A DNA stretch of 32,000 nucleotides from Saccharolobus solfataricus (GTDB taxonomy: Archaea; Thermoproteota; Thermoprotei_A; Sulfolobales; Sulfolobaceae). The stretch lies in contig NZ_LT549890.1 of the NCBI RefSeq assembly GCF_900079115.1, positions 1,950,001 to 1,982,000 on the forward strand. The letters run 5' to 3'. A program made the position numbers and the translations under genes. Of the stretch, positions 1-9,140 are shown one piece after another; position 1 is the first letter of the stretch, and each line of letters opens with the position of its first letter. The notes under the pieces were generated by a model that did no database searches, was not told the origin of the DNA, and was given only the letters and a program-made list of their open reading frames with translations.

Positions 1-930
1 GGTCATATAACCAAATAACCACATTGAGACAAGTATTCCAAACCTCTTTATATAAAGTGAGGAACTAAATATGGTCTTTAATGCATCTAAATAGGAATAC
101 CTCTCTGCAATATAAGGCTGAATTATATTGGGTAATGGTGGGAGATTACCTAACTTGCCAGTAGCTTTCTTCTCCATCACCTCAACTATCCTTTCAGCTT
201 CAGTTAATTTACCCTTAGATATTAACCATCTTGGAGATTCAGGTAAGCTAAACCTTAAGAGCAATCCTATTAAAGCCAATAACGCACCTATCCCGTACAT
301 TACTCTCCATCCATTAACCGCAAAGAACCCACTTCCACCAAGTGCAAACGGTAATCCAAGAGGAAATGGAGCAGAGGGCGTTGTTAAGAACAATCCTAAC
401 CATATGCCTAGTGTTGCGCCTAGTGTTGAAAATAAGAATACTAGACTAGTGTATCTAGCCCTTCCGTTAATGGGAGCTACTTCTCCAATATAAGTATTAA
501 CTATTGCTAAATCAGCACCAACACCAATACCAGTTATGGTCCTTGCTACTAAAAAATTAACATAATTATTCGCCAATGCGTTATATAAACTGCCAAGGCC
601 TGTAATGATCATAGTTATCATTAGCATCCTCCTCCGGCCTATTACGTCAGATATTGGAGAAAGTATAAGGGCTCCTATTATATACCCTACTAGGTTTAAT
701 AGGACTATGGGGCCTAGTAATGCTGGAATCTGAGGAGAAGTTGGATTGCTAACGTGAAATAGCGTTAATGCCGTTTGTATAAATGATACATTTATATCGA
801 AAATGTCATAAAATGTGAAGAGAAACCCTATACCTAATATTCCTATAAAAATATATGAAAGTCCCCATATTGGGATTCTATCCATTCTAGCAATCGCTTC
901 CCCTGCTTTTACTGCAGCCTTTTCTGCCAT
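1..930 (-). CDS. MFS transporter, sugar-porter-like (partial; C-terminus lies beyond the window start)
   Basis: My translation of the minus strand from the ATG (complement of 928-930) gives MAEKAAVKAGEAIARMDRIPIWGLSYIFIGILGIGFLF... It is open to position 1. It contains the MFS motif-A-like SDVIGRRRML and the sugar-porter signature LPESPRWL, plus many hydrophobic helices. It is absent from the ORF track because it has no stop inside the window. Confidence 0.6.
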   Translation of the reverse strand, partial: MAEKAAVKAGEAIARMDRIPIWGLSYIFIGILGIGFLFTFYDIFDINVSFIQTALTLFHVSNPTSPQIPALLGPIVLLNLVGYIIGALILSPISDVIGRRRMLMITMIITGLGSLYNALANNYVNFLVARTITGIGVGADLAIVNTYIGEVAPINGRARYTSLVFLFSTLGATLGIWLGLFLTTPSAPFPLGLPFALGGSGFFAVNGWRVMYGIGALLALIGLLLRFSLPESPRWLISKGKLTEAERIVEVMEKKATGKLGNLPPLPNIIQPYIAERYSYLDALKTIFSSSLYIKRFGILVSMWLFGYMT

Positions 931-952
931 ATTTGGCTTTTCAAATCAATAA

Positions 953-980
953 TTTAATATTCTATATTAAACTAGTTTAA
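953..980. promoter_or_regulatory. Two overlapping perfect AT-rich palindromes in the divergent MFS / HTH-regulator promoter region
   Basis: TTTAATAT-TCT-ATATTAAA (953-971) and TTAAACTAGTTTAA (967-980), read directly. They lie 23-50 bp upstream of the minus-strand MFS start. They may be TATA elements and/or an operator. Confidence 0.25.
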
Positions 981-1061
981 TAAACATACGACTAACAGTA
1001 TACTATATTATAGTTTCTTATAATACATAACATTTATATTTTTAAAGAGTTTAAATAGTAC

Positions 1062-1694
1062 ATGATTAACTTGATTAAACATGTAGATATAGTTGTAAGC
1101 CATGAAGATTGTTGGACTTCACACATGCCATTTACCGCATATACTATTAATTTAGAAGTTTATCCACATAAGAACTATTTAAGGAGTAGGATTCTTATCG
1201 ATTCAATGGAAAATAAGGTTATATCAAACTTAATGAAAACACACAGAAGCGTTATAAAGGTTATGAAGGTAGATAGGTTTAAGGGAGGAACTTATGTGGA
1301 TTTTTTAAATAAATACAAGGGATCAATAGCTGGGGTCCTCTACGATAAGGAAGTGTTGATTCTGGGTAATCTCATAGAAGGTAAAGACGAAAAATGGTCA
1401 TTTGTAACTTCCAGCAAAAATCTTCGAGAGATTCTTACTGAGATCGAAAGTTTAGGAAAGGTGAAAAGAGTGGAGACAACTGACTTTAACCCAATTCTCT
1501 ACCCTAATCTGACTGAATGGGAAAAGAAAGTGCTTACGGTATCCTATTCCTATGGTTATTTAGACTATCCCAGAAGAGCAACTGCCGATGAATTAGCTAA
1601 GCTATTAGGAATAAGTAAAGTAACGTTCCTCTATCATTTGAGAAATGCCCAAAGGAAGTTAATTGCGTTTTCCATAAAAAACATTTTAGCTTAG
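1062..1694 (+). CDS. HTH_10 (Bat-like) family transcriptional regulator
   Basis: 210 aa. The C-terminal LTEWEKKVLTVSYSYGYLDYPRRATADELAKLLGISKVTFLYHLRNAQRKL resembles the archaeal HTH_10 / bacterio-opsin-activator-type DNA-binding domain. Confidence 0.55.
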   Translation: MINLIKHVDIVVSHEDCWTSHMPFTAYTINLEVYPHKNYLRSRILIDSMENKVISNLMKTHRSVIKVMKVDRFKGGTYVDFLNKYKGSIAGVLYDKEVLILGNLIEGKDEKWSFVTSSKNLREILTEIESLGKVKRVETTDFNPILYPNLTEWEKKVLTVSYSYGYLDYPRRATADELAKLLGISKVTFLYHLRNAQRKLIAFSIKNILA

Positions 1695-3554
1695 GCTCTT
1701 CAACGCCTCCTTAAGTTCCTCCATTATCCTTATATCGTCCAATGTTGATACATCACCTGGATTCTCGTTAGCTAGGATAGCCTTTAGTAGCCTTCTCATT
1801 ATCTTCCCGCTTTTGGTTTTAGGCAGTCTCTTCACAAACACTACTTTATCAACTATGTAACCAGCGTTCCTACAATAGTTCTTAATGTCATTTCTGAGTG
1901 CGTCACCAACCTCAACCCCTTGTCTTGGGACTACAAACGCTATTATGTTACCGCCTTGACCTATTACGGCAGCTTCGGCCACGTTGGGATGAGTTACTAT
2001 TACACTTTCAACTTCAAGTGTTCCTATCCTCTCCCCTTCAGCTCTTATTACATCATCAGCTCTTCCCAGCACGAACAGATATCCATCCTCATCAACATAA
2101 CCGTAATCTCCAGTGTAGAAGTATCCTGGGAACCTAGACCAATACTTCTCCTTTATCTTCTCGTAATTGGGATCATTCCACATTTTAGCTAAGGCTGGGT
2201 TAAGCGGTTTTAACACTATATATCCCTTTTGCTTAGGAGGTAATGGTTTTCCCTCATCGTCAACAATTAAGAAATATGTTCCTCCTGGGAATTGTATACC
2301 AGCGGAACCTGCCTTAAAGGGAATTTCGCCGATTCCGTAAGGAGTTGCACCAACTGGCGATAAATGCTCTGTCATCCAGTACGCATCTGCTATCTTAACT
2401 TGAGGAAGATTCTGATTTAACCACATCCACGCTCCAACGTTTAAAGGTTCTCCTGTATTAAGAATCATTCTTAAGCTTGATGTATCTCCGCTCTTAACTG
2501 ACTCCTCTCCTAAACTCTTGAGAGTGTAAAGAGTTGTGGTAGAACTCCAAACTAGGCTTACATTATATCTCTCAATTACTCTCGAGAATAGATCCCTTTT
2601 ATAACCAACATATCCCTCAAAAAGCACACCAGGTATTCCCATTACTGGTATCGTGTATAAATTTGCCATTGGCCATACTGGCCAACCTAATTCTGAAACA
2701 GTCCACCAAACGTCATTCTCTGTTGGGTTAAATATTGCCTTAAAAGCCCAATTGAGTGCTATCACATACCCTCCATTACTATGGTATAATCCCTTAGGTC
2801 TTCCCGTAGTTCCAGACGTGTAATAAACTGTCGCTGGCTCGTTAGCCTCAACTTCCACTGGTTTAACGTAAACTTTCCCTTTAGGTTTCACACCATCATA
2901 CACAACATCCCTTTTCCCATTAACATTAAAATCTGAATATCCCCTCGGCACTGTCAAGACTTTCTGTATGGGTGTAGTATGAGATTCCAAAACTTTATCC
3001 ACAAAATCCTTAATTCTTATCTCATTTCCATTCCTAAACGTCTTTGAAGCAACAATCAATACTTTTGAACCGCAATCATTAAACCTATATGCCACTGTTT
3101 CCTCGCTCAAACCTACATAATGTATTATTAGAATTGCCCCCAGTCTGTGTGTTGCTAAGGAGAAGTATACAGCTTCTGGTATATTAGGCATTAGCATGGA
3201 TACCGTATCGCCTTTTTTCACGCCCAATTCACTTAAGACATAGGCTGCCTTGTTTACTTCTTGATAAAGATCTTGAAAGGATATTGACCTAAAACTATCT
3301 AATCTCTCATTGGTCCAATAAAATGCCACCTTATCTTTCTTATCTGGTAAATGCCTATCTATGGCATTATAGGATATATTAAGTGTTCCTCCGACGAACC
3401 ATTTCTCGTATGGTGGTTCTCCCTCAAGTATTTTCTCTGGTTGCCTAAACCAACTTACGTAATTAGCCTTATCCCGCCAGAAGGCTTCTGGATTTTCCAT
3501 GGAGAATTTTGCCAGTGCTTTAATCTGATCTAGAGAATATATTTTCCAACTCAT
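1686..3554 (-). CDS. AMP-forming acetyl/acyl-CoA synthetase
   Basis: 622 aa with the AMP-binding signature YTSGTTGRPKG, the GWPVWP core, and a C-terminal LPKTKSGKIMRRLLK typical of the ACS family. Its 3' end overlaps the convergent regulator gene by 9 nt. Confidence 0.85.
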   Translation of the reverse strand: MSWKIYSLDQIKALAKFSMENPEAFWRDKANYVSWFRQPEKILEGEPPYEKWFVGGTLNISYNAIDRHLPDKKDKVAFYWTNERLDSFRSISFQDLYQEVNKAAYVLSELGVKKGDTVSMLMPNIPEAVYFSLATHRLGAILIIHYVGLSEETVAYRFNDCGSKVLIVASKTFRNGNEIRIKDFVDKVLESHTTPIQKVLTVPRGYSDFNVNGKRDVVYDGVKPKGKVYVKPVEVEANEPATVYYTSGTTGRPKGLYHSNGGYVIALNWAFKAIFNPTENDVWWTVSELGWPVWPMANLYTIPVMGIPGVLFEGYVGYKRDLFSRVIERYNVSLVWSSTTTLYTLKSLGEESVKSGDTSSLRMILNTGEPLNVGAWMWLNQNLPQVKIADAYWMTEHLSPVGATPYGIGEIPFKAGSAGIQFPGGTYFLIVDDEGKPLPPKQKGYIVLKPLNPALAKMWNDPNYEKIKEKYWSRFPGYFYTGDYGYVDEDGYLFVLGRADDVIRAEGERIGTLEVESVIVTHPNVAEAAVIGQGGNIIAFVVPRQGVEVGDALRNDIKNYCRNAGYIVDKVVFVKRLPKTKSGKIMRRLLKAILANENPGDVSTLDDIRIMEELKEALKSLS

Positions 3555-3654
3555 GTTATCATATATATTTGTAAATTAAAAATTATATATACCTTTCGTT
3601 CAACAATGATAGATTTGTATAAGATTTAAAAGTTATTTAATGTAAGATAAATAT

Positions 3655-4770
3655 ATGAGCGAAAAAGAGCTCTTTATACAATCATTAAGGGAGTTTCTAA
3701 ACAGAGATGTTGAGAAGATAGTGAATAAAATAGACAAAGAAGATTACTACCCCAGAGATTTAGTTAGAAAGCTTGGAGAGTTAGGCTTTCTAATCCCTTT
3801 AACTAGTGGTCTATCAAACTACGACATGATGATTATTTTAGAAGAGATTGCAAAGGTTAGCGGGTCTTTAGCATTAATTGCTGATGCTCAAGGAGAGTTA
3901 GCCGGTGAGATGATTAGATTGTATGCAAATGAAAGGCAAAAGAAGGAGTTTATGGAACCATTGAGTAAGGGAGAAATTATAGGTAGTTTTGCCTTAACTG
4001 AACCTTCAGGTGGAAGCGATATAGGTTCCATGAAGACTCTCGCTGAGAAAAGAAATGGATCGTGGATAATAAAGGGACATAAGATGTGGATAACTCAAGG
4101 GCTTTACGCTGACGTTTTCATCACAGTAGCGAAAACGGGTTCATCTAGACGTGATTTATCAGTTTTTATAGTGCCCAGAAGTAATTGCGTTGAGACTAGA
4201 AAAATAGAAGTCATGGGTAATAGGGGAACTGGGACCGCTGAGGTAATCTTTCATAATTGCGAAGTGTCAAACGATTACGTTGTTGGGGAGGTGAATAATG
4301 GGTGGAACATGGTCAACTCAGTATTAGAAATAGGTAGGCTTGCTATCTCAGGTATTGCAATAGGTTTGGCTGAGGCGGCTTTGGAAGAAGCTTTTAAGTG
4401 GGCTAAATCAAGATTTGCATTTGGGAATTCGATTTATGATTTTCAAGGGATAAGATGGTATTTCGCAGATGCCATAGCTAAACTTAACGCAGTTAAGTCA
4501 ATGGCTAAGGATGTCAGTAGTAAGTTCGATGAGAATTCAAAGGATAAGGGAGTTTACGTCTCAATGTTAAAGTTATTATCTGCAAATATTGCTAACGAAG
4601 TAATAGACATCTCCTTACAAGTATTCGGTGGTATGGGTTACGCTAAGGGAACTAACATAGAACGAATATATCGTGATGCTAGACTACTTAGGATAGGTGA
4701 GGGAACTGATGAAGTACAGAGGCACATTATAGCTAAATATATTGAACAGTATGGAATACCGTATATCTAG
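3655..4770 (+). CDS. Acyl-CoA dehydrogenase
   Basis: 371 aa. ALTEPSGGSDIGS, KMWITQG and the C-terminal RIGEGTDEVQRHIIA match ACAD family motifs. Confidence 0.85.
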   Translation: MSEKELFIQSLREFLNRDVEKIVNKIDKEDYYPRDLVRKLGELGFLIPLTSGLSNYDMMIILEEIAKVSGSLALIADAQGELAGEMIRLYANERQKKEFMEPLSKGEIIGSFALTEPSGGSDIGSMKTLAEKRNGSWIIKGHKMWITQGLYADVFITVAKTGSSRRDLSVFIVPRSNCVETRKIEVMGNRGTGTAEVIFHNCEVSNDYVVGEVNNGWNMVNSVLEIGRLAISGIAIGLAEAALEEAFKWAKSRFAFGNSIYDFQGIRWYFADAIAKLNAVKSMAKDVSSKFDENSKDKGVYVSMLKLLSANIANEVIDISLQVFGGMGYAKGTNIERIYRDARLLRIGEGTDEVQRHIIAKYIEQYGIPYI

Positions 4771-4832
4771 TTACTTTTGATCCTTTCTGACATTAGGCTA
4801 AAAAGTTTTAATAGGATGAGAAGAGAATATTT

Positions 4833-5978
4833 TTGGGGACTTTTTTGAATCGAATCGCAATAATAGGCTTAGGTTGGTACGGCTTCAAGCCTACGACTCA
4901 TGAGGTCTCGTTTAGGGAAATGGTTTTTGAGGCTGCATCGAGAGCATATAAAGATGCAGGGGGTATAAATCCTAGAAGCGATGTTGACTCCTTTATATCT
5001 TGCCAAGAGGATTTCTGGGAGGGAATATCAATAGCAGATGAATTCGCACCAGACCAAATGGGGGGTGCAATGAGACCCACAATGACTGTAGCTGGAGATT
5101 CTCTTCAAGGATTAGCCCATGCGGCAATGCATATCAATTCCGGTGTAGCTAACGTAGTGTCAATTGAAGCCCATTCTAAGGTAAGTGATATACTAACATT
5201 TAGTGACCTGGAGAAATTCGCAATGGATCCAATATACATCAGATCCATTAATCCACCAAATTTCCACTTTATTGCAGGGTTAGATGCTGTAAAGTTCATG
5301 CATAGAAAAGGGATAACAAGAGAAGATCTGGCATTAGTAGTGGAGAAAAATAAGAAAGCTGGACTCTCATCTCCTAGAGCTTCTTTTGCCAGTAATATAT
5401 CTGCTGTAGACGTGATGAAGAAAAATTATGTAGTTTACCCTCTTAGTGAATTAGATATTGCGCCTTTTGTGGATGGAGCAATAGTCATAGTAGTTGCTGA
5501 TGAGGAAGTCGCTAAAAAGCTTAAAAAAGATGATTATCTAGTAGTCAAGGGAATAGGATTCGCGACAGATTCTTCAAACTTAGAAACTGCAGAGCTAGGA
5601 AAGGCAAATTACATGAAGATAGCCTCTGATATGGCATATAAAATGGCTGGAGTTGAGACGCCTAGAAGGTATTTTGATGCCGTTTTCGTTGATGATAGAT
5701 ATAGTTACAAAGAATTACAGCACTTGGAGGGATTAAGAGTTTCTGAAGAACCATCAAAGGATTTAAGGGAAGGTAATTTCTCTCCTCAAGGAGAAGTTCC
5801 TGTAAATCCATTAGGGGGACATATGGCTAAAGGAGTTCCTTTAGAAGCTTCCGGTTTTTCATTATTGCTAGACGCGATAGAGTATATTAAGCAAGGGAAG
5901 GGTGAAAGAGCTGTAGTCGCGTCTTGGCGTGGAATTCCCACGCTTACTGGATCAGTCGTGGTGGTGGAAAAGCCATGA
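4833..5978 (+). CDS. Thiolase-fold protein (SCP-x/lipid-transfer type), apparently lacking the canonical catalytic Cys/His
   Basis: 381 aa with a TTG start per the ORF track. Overall thiolase architecture: N-terminal RIAIIGLG, central ...INSG helix, C-terminal NPLGGHMAKGVPLEASG. The nucleophile position reads VAGDS with no Cys, and GVP replaces GHP. Confidence 0.7.
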   Translation: MGTFLNRIAIIGLGWYGFKPTTHEVSFREMVFEAASRAYKDAGGINPRSDVDSFISCQEDFWEGISIADEFAPDQMGGAMRPTMTVAGDSLQGLAHAAMHINSGVANVVSIEAHSKVSDILTFSDLEKFAMDPIYIRSINPPNFHFIAGLDAVKFMHRKGITREDLALVVEKNKKAGLSSPRASFASNISAVDVMKKNYVVYPLSELDIAPFVDGAIVIVVADEEVAKKLKKDDYLVVKGIGFATDSSNLETAELGKANYMKIASDMAYKMAGVETPRRYFDAVFVDDRYSYKELQHLEGLRVSEEPSKDLREGNFSPQGEVPVNPLGGHMAKGVPLEASGFSLLLDAIEYIKQGKGERAVVASWRGIPTLTGSVVVVEKP

Positions 5979-7153
5979 AGGTAAATATTCATTTAAATAA
6001 AAGGGTTGCAATAATAGGAGCTGGCTTAACTCTATTTAGGAGAAGACTACTAGAAACTCCACAAGAAATAGCATGGGAGGCTGCAAGTAAGGCACTGGAC
6101 GAAGCTGGACTAGAGTTAAAGGATATCGACTGTGTCGTTATTGGAAGTGCACCAGATGCTTTTGATGGGGTTAACCTAAAGGGTGAATACTTATCACATG
6201 GTGCTGGAGGAATCAAGAAGCCAGTAAGTAGAGTTTATGTGGGTGGTGCTACTGGAGTTATGACTGCAATAACAGGCTGGTATCATGTCGCCAGTGGGTT
6301 GTGCCAGAAAGTATTGGCTGTAGCTGAGGAAAAGATGAGTCCAGCTAGACCTCATCCACAATCAATATTCAGATATATATGGGATCCAATTTTAGAAAAG
6401 CCCTTGAATCCTAATCTGATATGGATATTCGCAATGGAAATGCACAGATATATGGCAACTTATGGAATTAAAAAAGAGGAGATTGCACTAGTCTCTGTAA
6501 AGAACAAAAGGAATGCAATAAACAACCCATACGCACAACTAGGTTCAAATATAACAGTAGAAGACGTACTAAAGAGTGAAGTCTTAGTTTGGCCAGTTCA
6601 ACTCTTAGATGTTAGCCCAGTTAGTGATGGCGGGGCAGCGATTGTATTGGCCTCAGAAGACGTTGCAAGAAGGTACACTGATACACCGGTATGGGTTGAA
6701 GGTGTTGGATGGACCTTAGATAATACGGAATGGCCTGCCAGAGATTTAGCCTATGCTAGATATGTGGAATTCGCAGCTAGAATGGCTTATAAGATGGCTG
6801 GGATTGAGAGGCCAAATAAGGAAATAGATGTTGCTGAACCATATGATCCGTTTGATTACAAAGAACTACATCATTTAGAGGCATTACAATTAGCTAAAAG
6901 GGGAGAAGCTCCAAAATTATTAAAGGAGGGAGTATTCGACATTGATGGCGATATACCCAGTAGTCCTAGTGGAGGTTTACTGGGAGTGGGTAATCCTATT
7001 GCAGCTGCTGGCTTAATGAAGGTTATAAGTATATATTGGCAACTTAAGGGGATTGCTGGAAAAATGCAAGTTAAGAGACCAGTACATACTGGCGTAGCCC
7101 AAGCTTGGGGAGATTTAATGCAAGCGGGTACGGTTATAGTTTTACGTAATTGA
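5975..7153 (+). CDS. Thiolase-fold protein (SCP-x/lipid-transfer type), apparently lacking the canonical catalytic Cys/His
   Basis: I place the start at the ATG at 5975 (MKVNIHLNKRVAIIGAGL...), which forms an ATGA overlap with the upstream stop. The ORF-track start at 5924 would overlap the previous gene by 55 nt. The nucleophile position reads VGGATG with no Cys. GNP replaces GHP, and AEPYDPF replaces the ElHDcF motif. Confidence 0.7.
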   Translation: MKVNIHLNKRVAIIGAGLTLFRRRLLETPQEIAWEAASKALDEAGLELKDIDCVVIGSAPDAFDGVNLKGEYLSHGAGGIKKPVSRVYVGGATGVMTAITGWYHVASGLCQKVLAVAEEKMSPARPHPQSIFRYIWDPILEKPLNPNLIWIFAMEMHRYMATYGIKKEEIALVSVKNKRNAINNPYAQLGSNITVEDVLKSEVLVWPVQLLDVSPVSDGGAAIVLASEDVARRYTDTPVWVEGVGWTLDNTEWPARDLAYARYVEFAARMAYKMAGIERPNKEIDVAEPYDPFDYKELHHLEALQLAKRGEAPKLLKEGVFDIDGDIPSSPSGGLLGVGNPIAAAGLMKVISIYWQLKGIAGKMQVKRPVHTGVAQAWGDLMQAGTVIVLRN

Positions 7154-7163
7154 GGGATATGAG

Positions 7164-7661
7164 ATGGTAACTCCTCTTAAAGAAGAAGAATTAAGTAAAC
7201 ATTACATAATATCATATAAGCCAAATGCTAAGTACGCATACACTGCGGGACAAGCTCAAAGCAAATATCTACTTGGACTTAAGGAAGGGAAAATTTATGG
7301 AAGAAAATGTAATAAATGCGGTAGAATCCACGTACCACCAAAAATGTATTGTGAGGAATGCTTTAGACCTACTGACGAGTGGGTTGAGGTAAAAGATGAA
7401 GGGATTGTAATGACTGCAGTTGCCAGCTTCATAAGTTGGACTAGGGCTAAACTGGAAGAGCCAGAGATAGTAGGGGTAATAAGACTATTACCTTCTAATG
7501 ATAGAGATTTCGTATACCCAGGAATATTCCATAGAATATGTGCAAGTTATGAACAAGTGAAGAGTATGGAAATCATAGGGAAGAGAGTTAAGGCAGTATG
7601 GAGGCCAAAGGAGGAAAGGAAAGGAAGTATTGAAGATATTCAATGCTTTAAGGTGATCTAA
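7164..7661 (+). CDS. DUF35 family protein (rubredoxin-like zinc ribbon plus OB fold)
   Basis: 165 aa. CNKCGRIHVPPKMYCEEC is a four-Cys zinc ribbon followed by an OB-like C-terminal half. This is the typical thiolase-associated DUF35 architecture. Confidence 0.75.
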   Translation: MVTPLKEEELSKHYIISYKPNAKYAYTAGQAQSKYLLGLKEGKIYGRKCNKCGRIHVPPKMYCEECFRPTDEWVEVKDEGIVMTAVASFISWTRAKLEEPEIVGVIRLLPSNDRDFVYPGIFHRICASYEQVKSMEIIGKRVKAVWRPKEERKGSIEDIQCFKVI

Positions 7662-8096
7662 ATGTCTTGGGAAAAGAGTGGAAAAGAAGGAAGCCTATTG
7701 AGATGGTATGACGTAATGGAAGCTGAGAGATACGAGTATACAGTAGGTCCAGCGGGTGAACAATTCTTTAACGGATTGAAACAAAATAAGATTATAGGAA
7801 GTAAGTGTAGTAAGTGTGGAAGAATATTCGTCCCCGCTAGATCCTATTGTGAACACTGTTTTGTCAAGATAGAGAATTACGTGGAAATAAATAAGGATGA
7901 AGCTTACGTGGATTCGTATACAATAATTTACAATGATGATGAAGGTAACAAATTAGCACAGCCAGTGTATATTGCCCTAATTAGATTTCCTAATATTGAA
8001 GGAGGATTACTATGTTACGCTGAAGGAAATGTTAAAGTAGGAGCAAAAGCTAAGATTTTGAGCTTCCAGTGGCCTTTACGAGTCAAGGTTGACTAA
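7662..8096 (+). CDS. DUF35 family protein (second paralogue)
   Basis: 144 aa. CSKCGRIFVPARSYCEHC zinc ribbon. The ATG directly abuts the TAA of the preceding gene (taaatg). Confidence 0.75.
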   Translation: MSWEKSGKEGSLLRWYDVMEAERYEYTVGPAGEQFFNGLKQNKIIGSKCSKCGRIFVPARSYCEHCFVKIENYVEINKDEAYVDSYTIIYNDDEGNKLAQPVYIALIRFPNIEGGLLCYAEGNVKVGAKAKILSFQWPLRVKVD

Positions 8097-8997
8097 TTTT
8101 TTCGAAGATATTCTCACCCTTATATGTATATACTGAATTCACATCCAACTCAACGTTGCAAGAAACCATTCCATATAACGTGCTACCAGATAAGAATATG
8201 CAGAAATCCTCTACTTTACGCAAAAGCTTCACTGAGATATTTGGGCTTTCCCTTAAATTCAATATTTCCTTAGCGGTAGCGAAACTTATCAAAACGTTTA
8301 TAATTCTTCCCTCTTTGTCCTTTACCTTACTAATAGTAAAAACTTCGCCCATAAGTTTCTTATTTCTTATTTTATCTTCCTCATCTAATAACAATTTTAA
8401 CGCATTACTAAGTCTAAAACTATCAGAGGACTTCTTTTCATTATCGCTTAATCCATTAATTTTTAACTCATATATATTATTACCCAGAATTAAATTAAAC
8501 ACCTCGTCCCTCATTATAAGAAACGCCTCATCGGCTTCACCTTGTATGGAAGCTAGATAATTGATCAAAATTTTTTTCATATCGCTGATAGTTTCAATAC
8601 TCTTCCCCAATTGAACATCCTTAACCTCTTTTTTCTTATTAAGTTCTAATAGATAATTCTCCAATTCTTCTAATTCTTTCCATGCTAAATCTATGTTATA
8701 TTCCGTTACTATTCTACTAAGTTTATCCATTAAAAGATAATATAACTCTGGAGTGGTAGGTGTTGATTGTAACCATAAATATGCGTTACTTAGACCTTCT
8801 TTTATTTTCTTAGTTTTGTCATTACCAAATTTTCTCCTCGCGATACCTATGGATAGATCCACTGCAATATCACTAGATACTTTCAAAAGTCTATCTAAAT
8901 TATTGGCGTCGATATCTATGTTCATTAACTCGCTTATAATTACTAATTTAAGAAAATTATTTAAAAATTTCTCTAACATTTCATGAGTTTGAGCCAT
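8083..8997 (-). CDS. Hypothetical protein, helical / coiled-coil rich
   Basis: 304-aa ORF with no motif I recognise. It has a charged heptad-like stretch, WKELEELENYLLELNKKKEVKD. It is the longest ORF on either strand here. Its 3' end overlaps the convergent DUF35 gene by 14 nt. Confidence 0.5.
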   Translation of the reverse strand: MAQTHEMLEKFLNNFLKLVIISELMNIDIDANNLDRLLKVSSDIAVDLSIGIARRKFGNDKTKKIKEGLSNAYLWLQSTPTTPELYYLLMDKLSRIVTEYNIDLAWKELEELENYLLELNKKKEVKDVQLGKSIETISDMKKILINYLASIQGEADEAFLIMRDEVFNLILGNNIYELKINGLSDNEKKSSDSFRLSNALKLLLDEEDKIRNKKLMGEVFTISKVKDKEGRIINVLISFATAKEILNLRESPNISVKLLRKVEDFCIFLSGSTLYGMVSCNVELDVNSVYTYKGENIFEKISQP

Positions 8998-9140
8998 ACA
9001 ATACAGTTTGCGTTGATAGATTAAAAAGATTAAACTACTTATGTACTAAAATAAACTTTACTTCTGAAGTTTAATCGAATTGTTAAGATCTTAAACTTTA
9101 GAAAGCAACACTTATTAACATATAAACTATAATTATAAAT

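Noticed and set aside
128-493. 121-aa plus-strand ORF from the track
   Set aside because: It lies entirely antisense to a much longer open minus-strand frame that carries clear MFS/sugar-porter motifs (GRRR, PESPRW). Its own sequence is low-complexity and P/N-rich.
1898-3533. Plus-strand ORFs 1898-2137, 1920-2192 and 3351-3533
   Set aside because: They are antisense shadows inside the well-supported 622-aa acyl-CoA synthetase gene.
5924-5974. Upstream extension of the second thiolase-fold gene (track start at 5924)
   Set aside because: It would overlap the preceding gene by 55 nt and add a non-homologous MAWNSHAYWISRGGGKA leader. The ATG at 5975 gives the typical thiolase N-terminus and an ATGA stop/start overlap.
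8156-8986. Plus-strand ORFs 8156-8560 (134 aa) and 8753-8986 (77 aa)
   Set aside because: They are antisense to the longer 304-aa minus-strand ORF. They are S/L/F/I-rich low-complexity translations typical of the reverse strand of K/E/N-rich coding DNA. The strand choice remains unverified.
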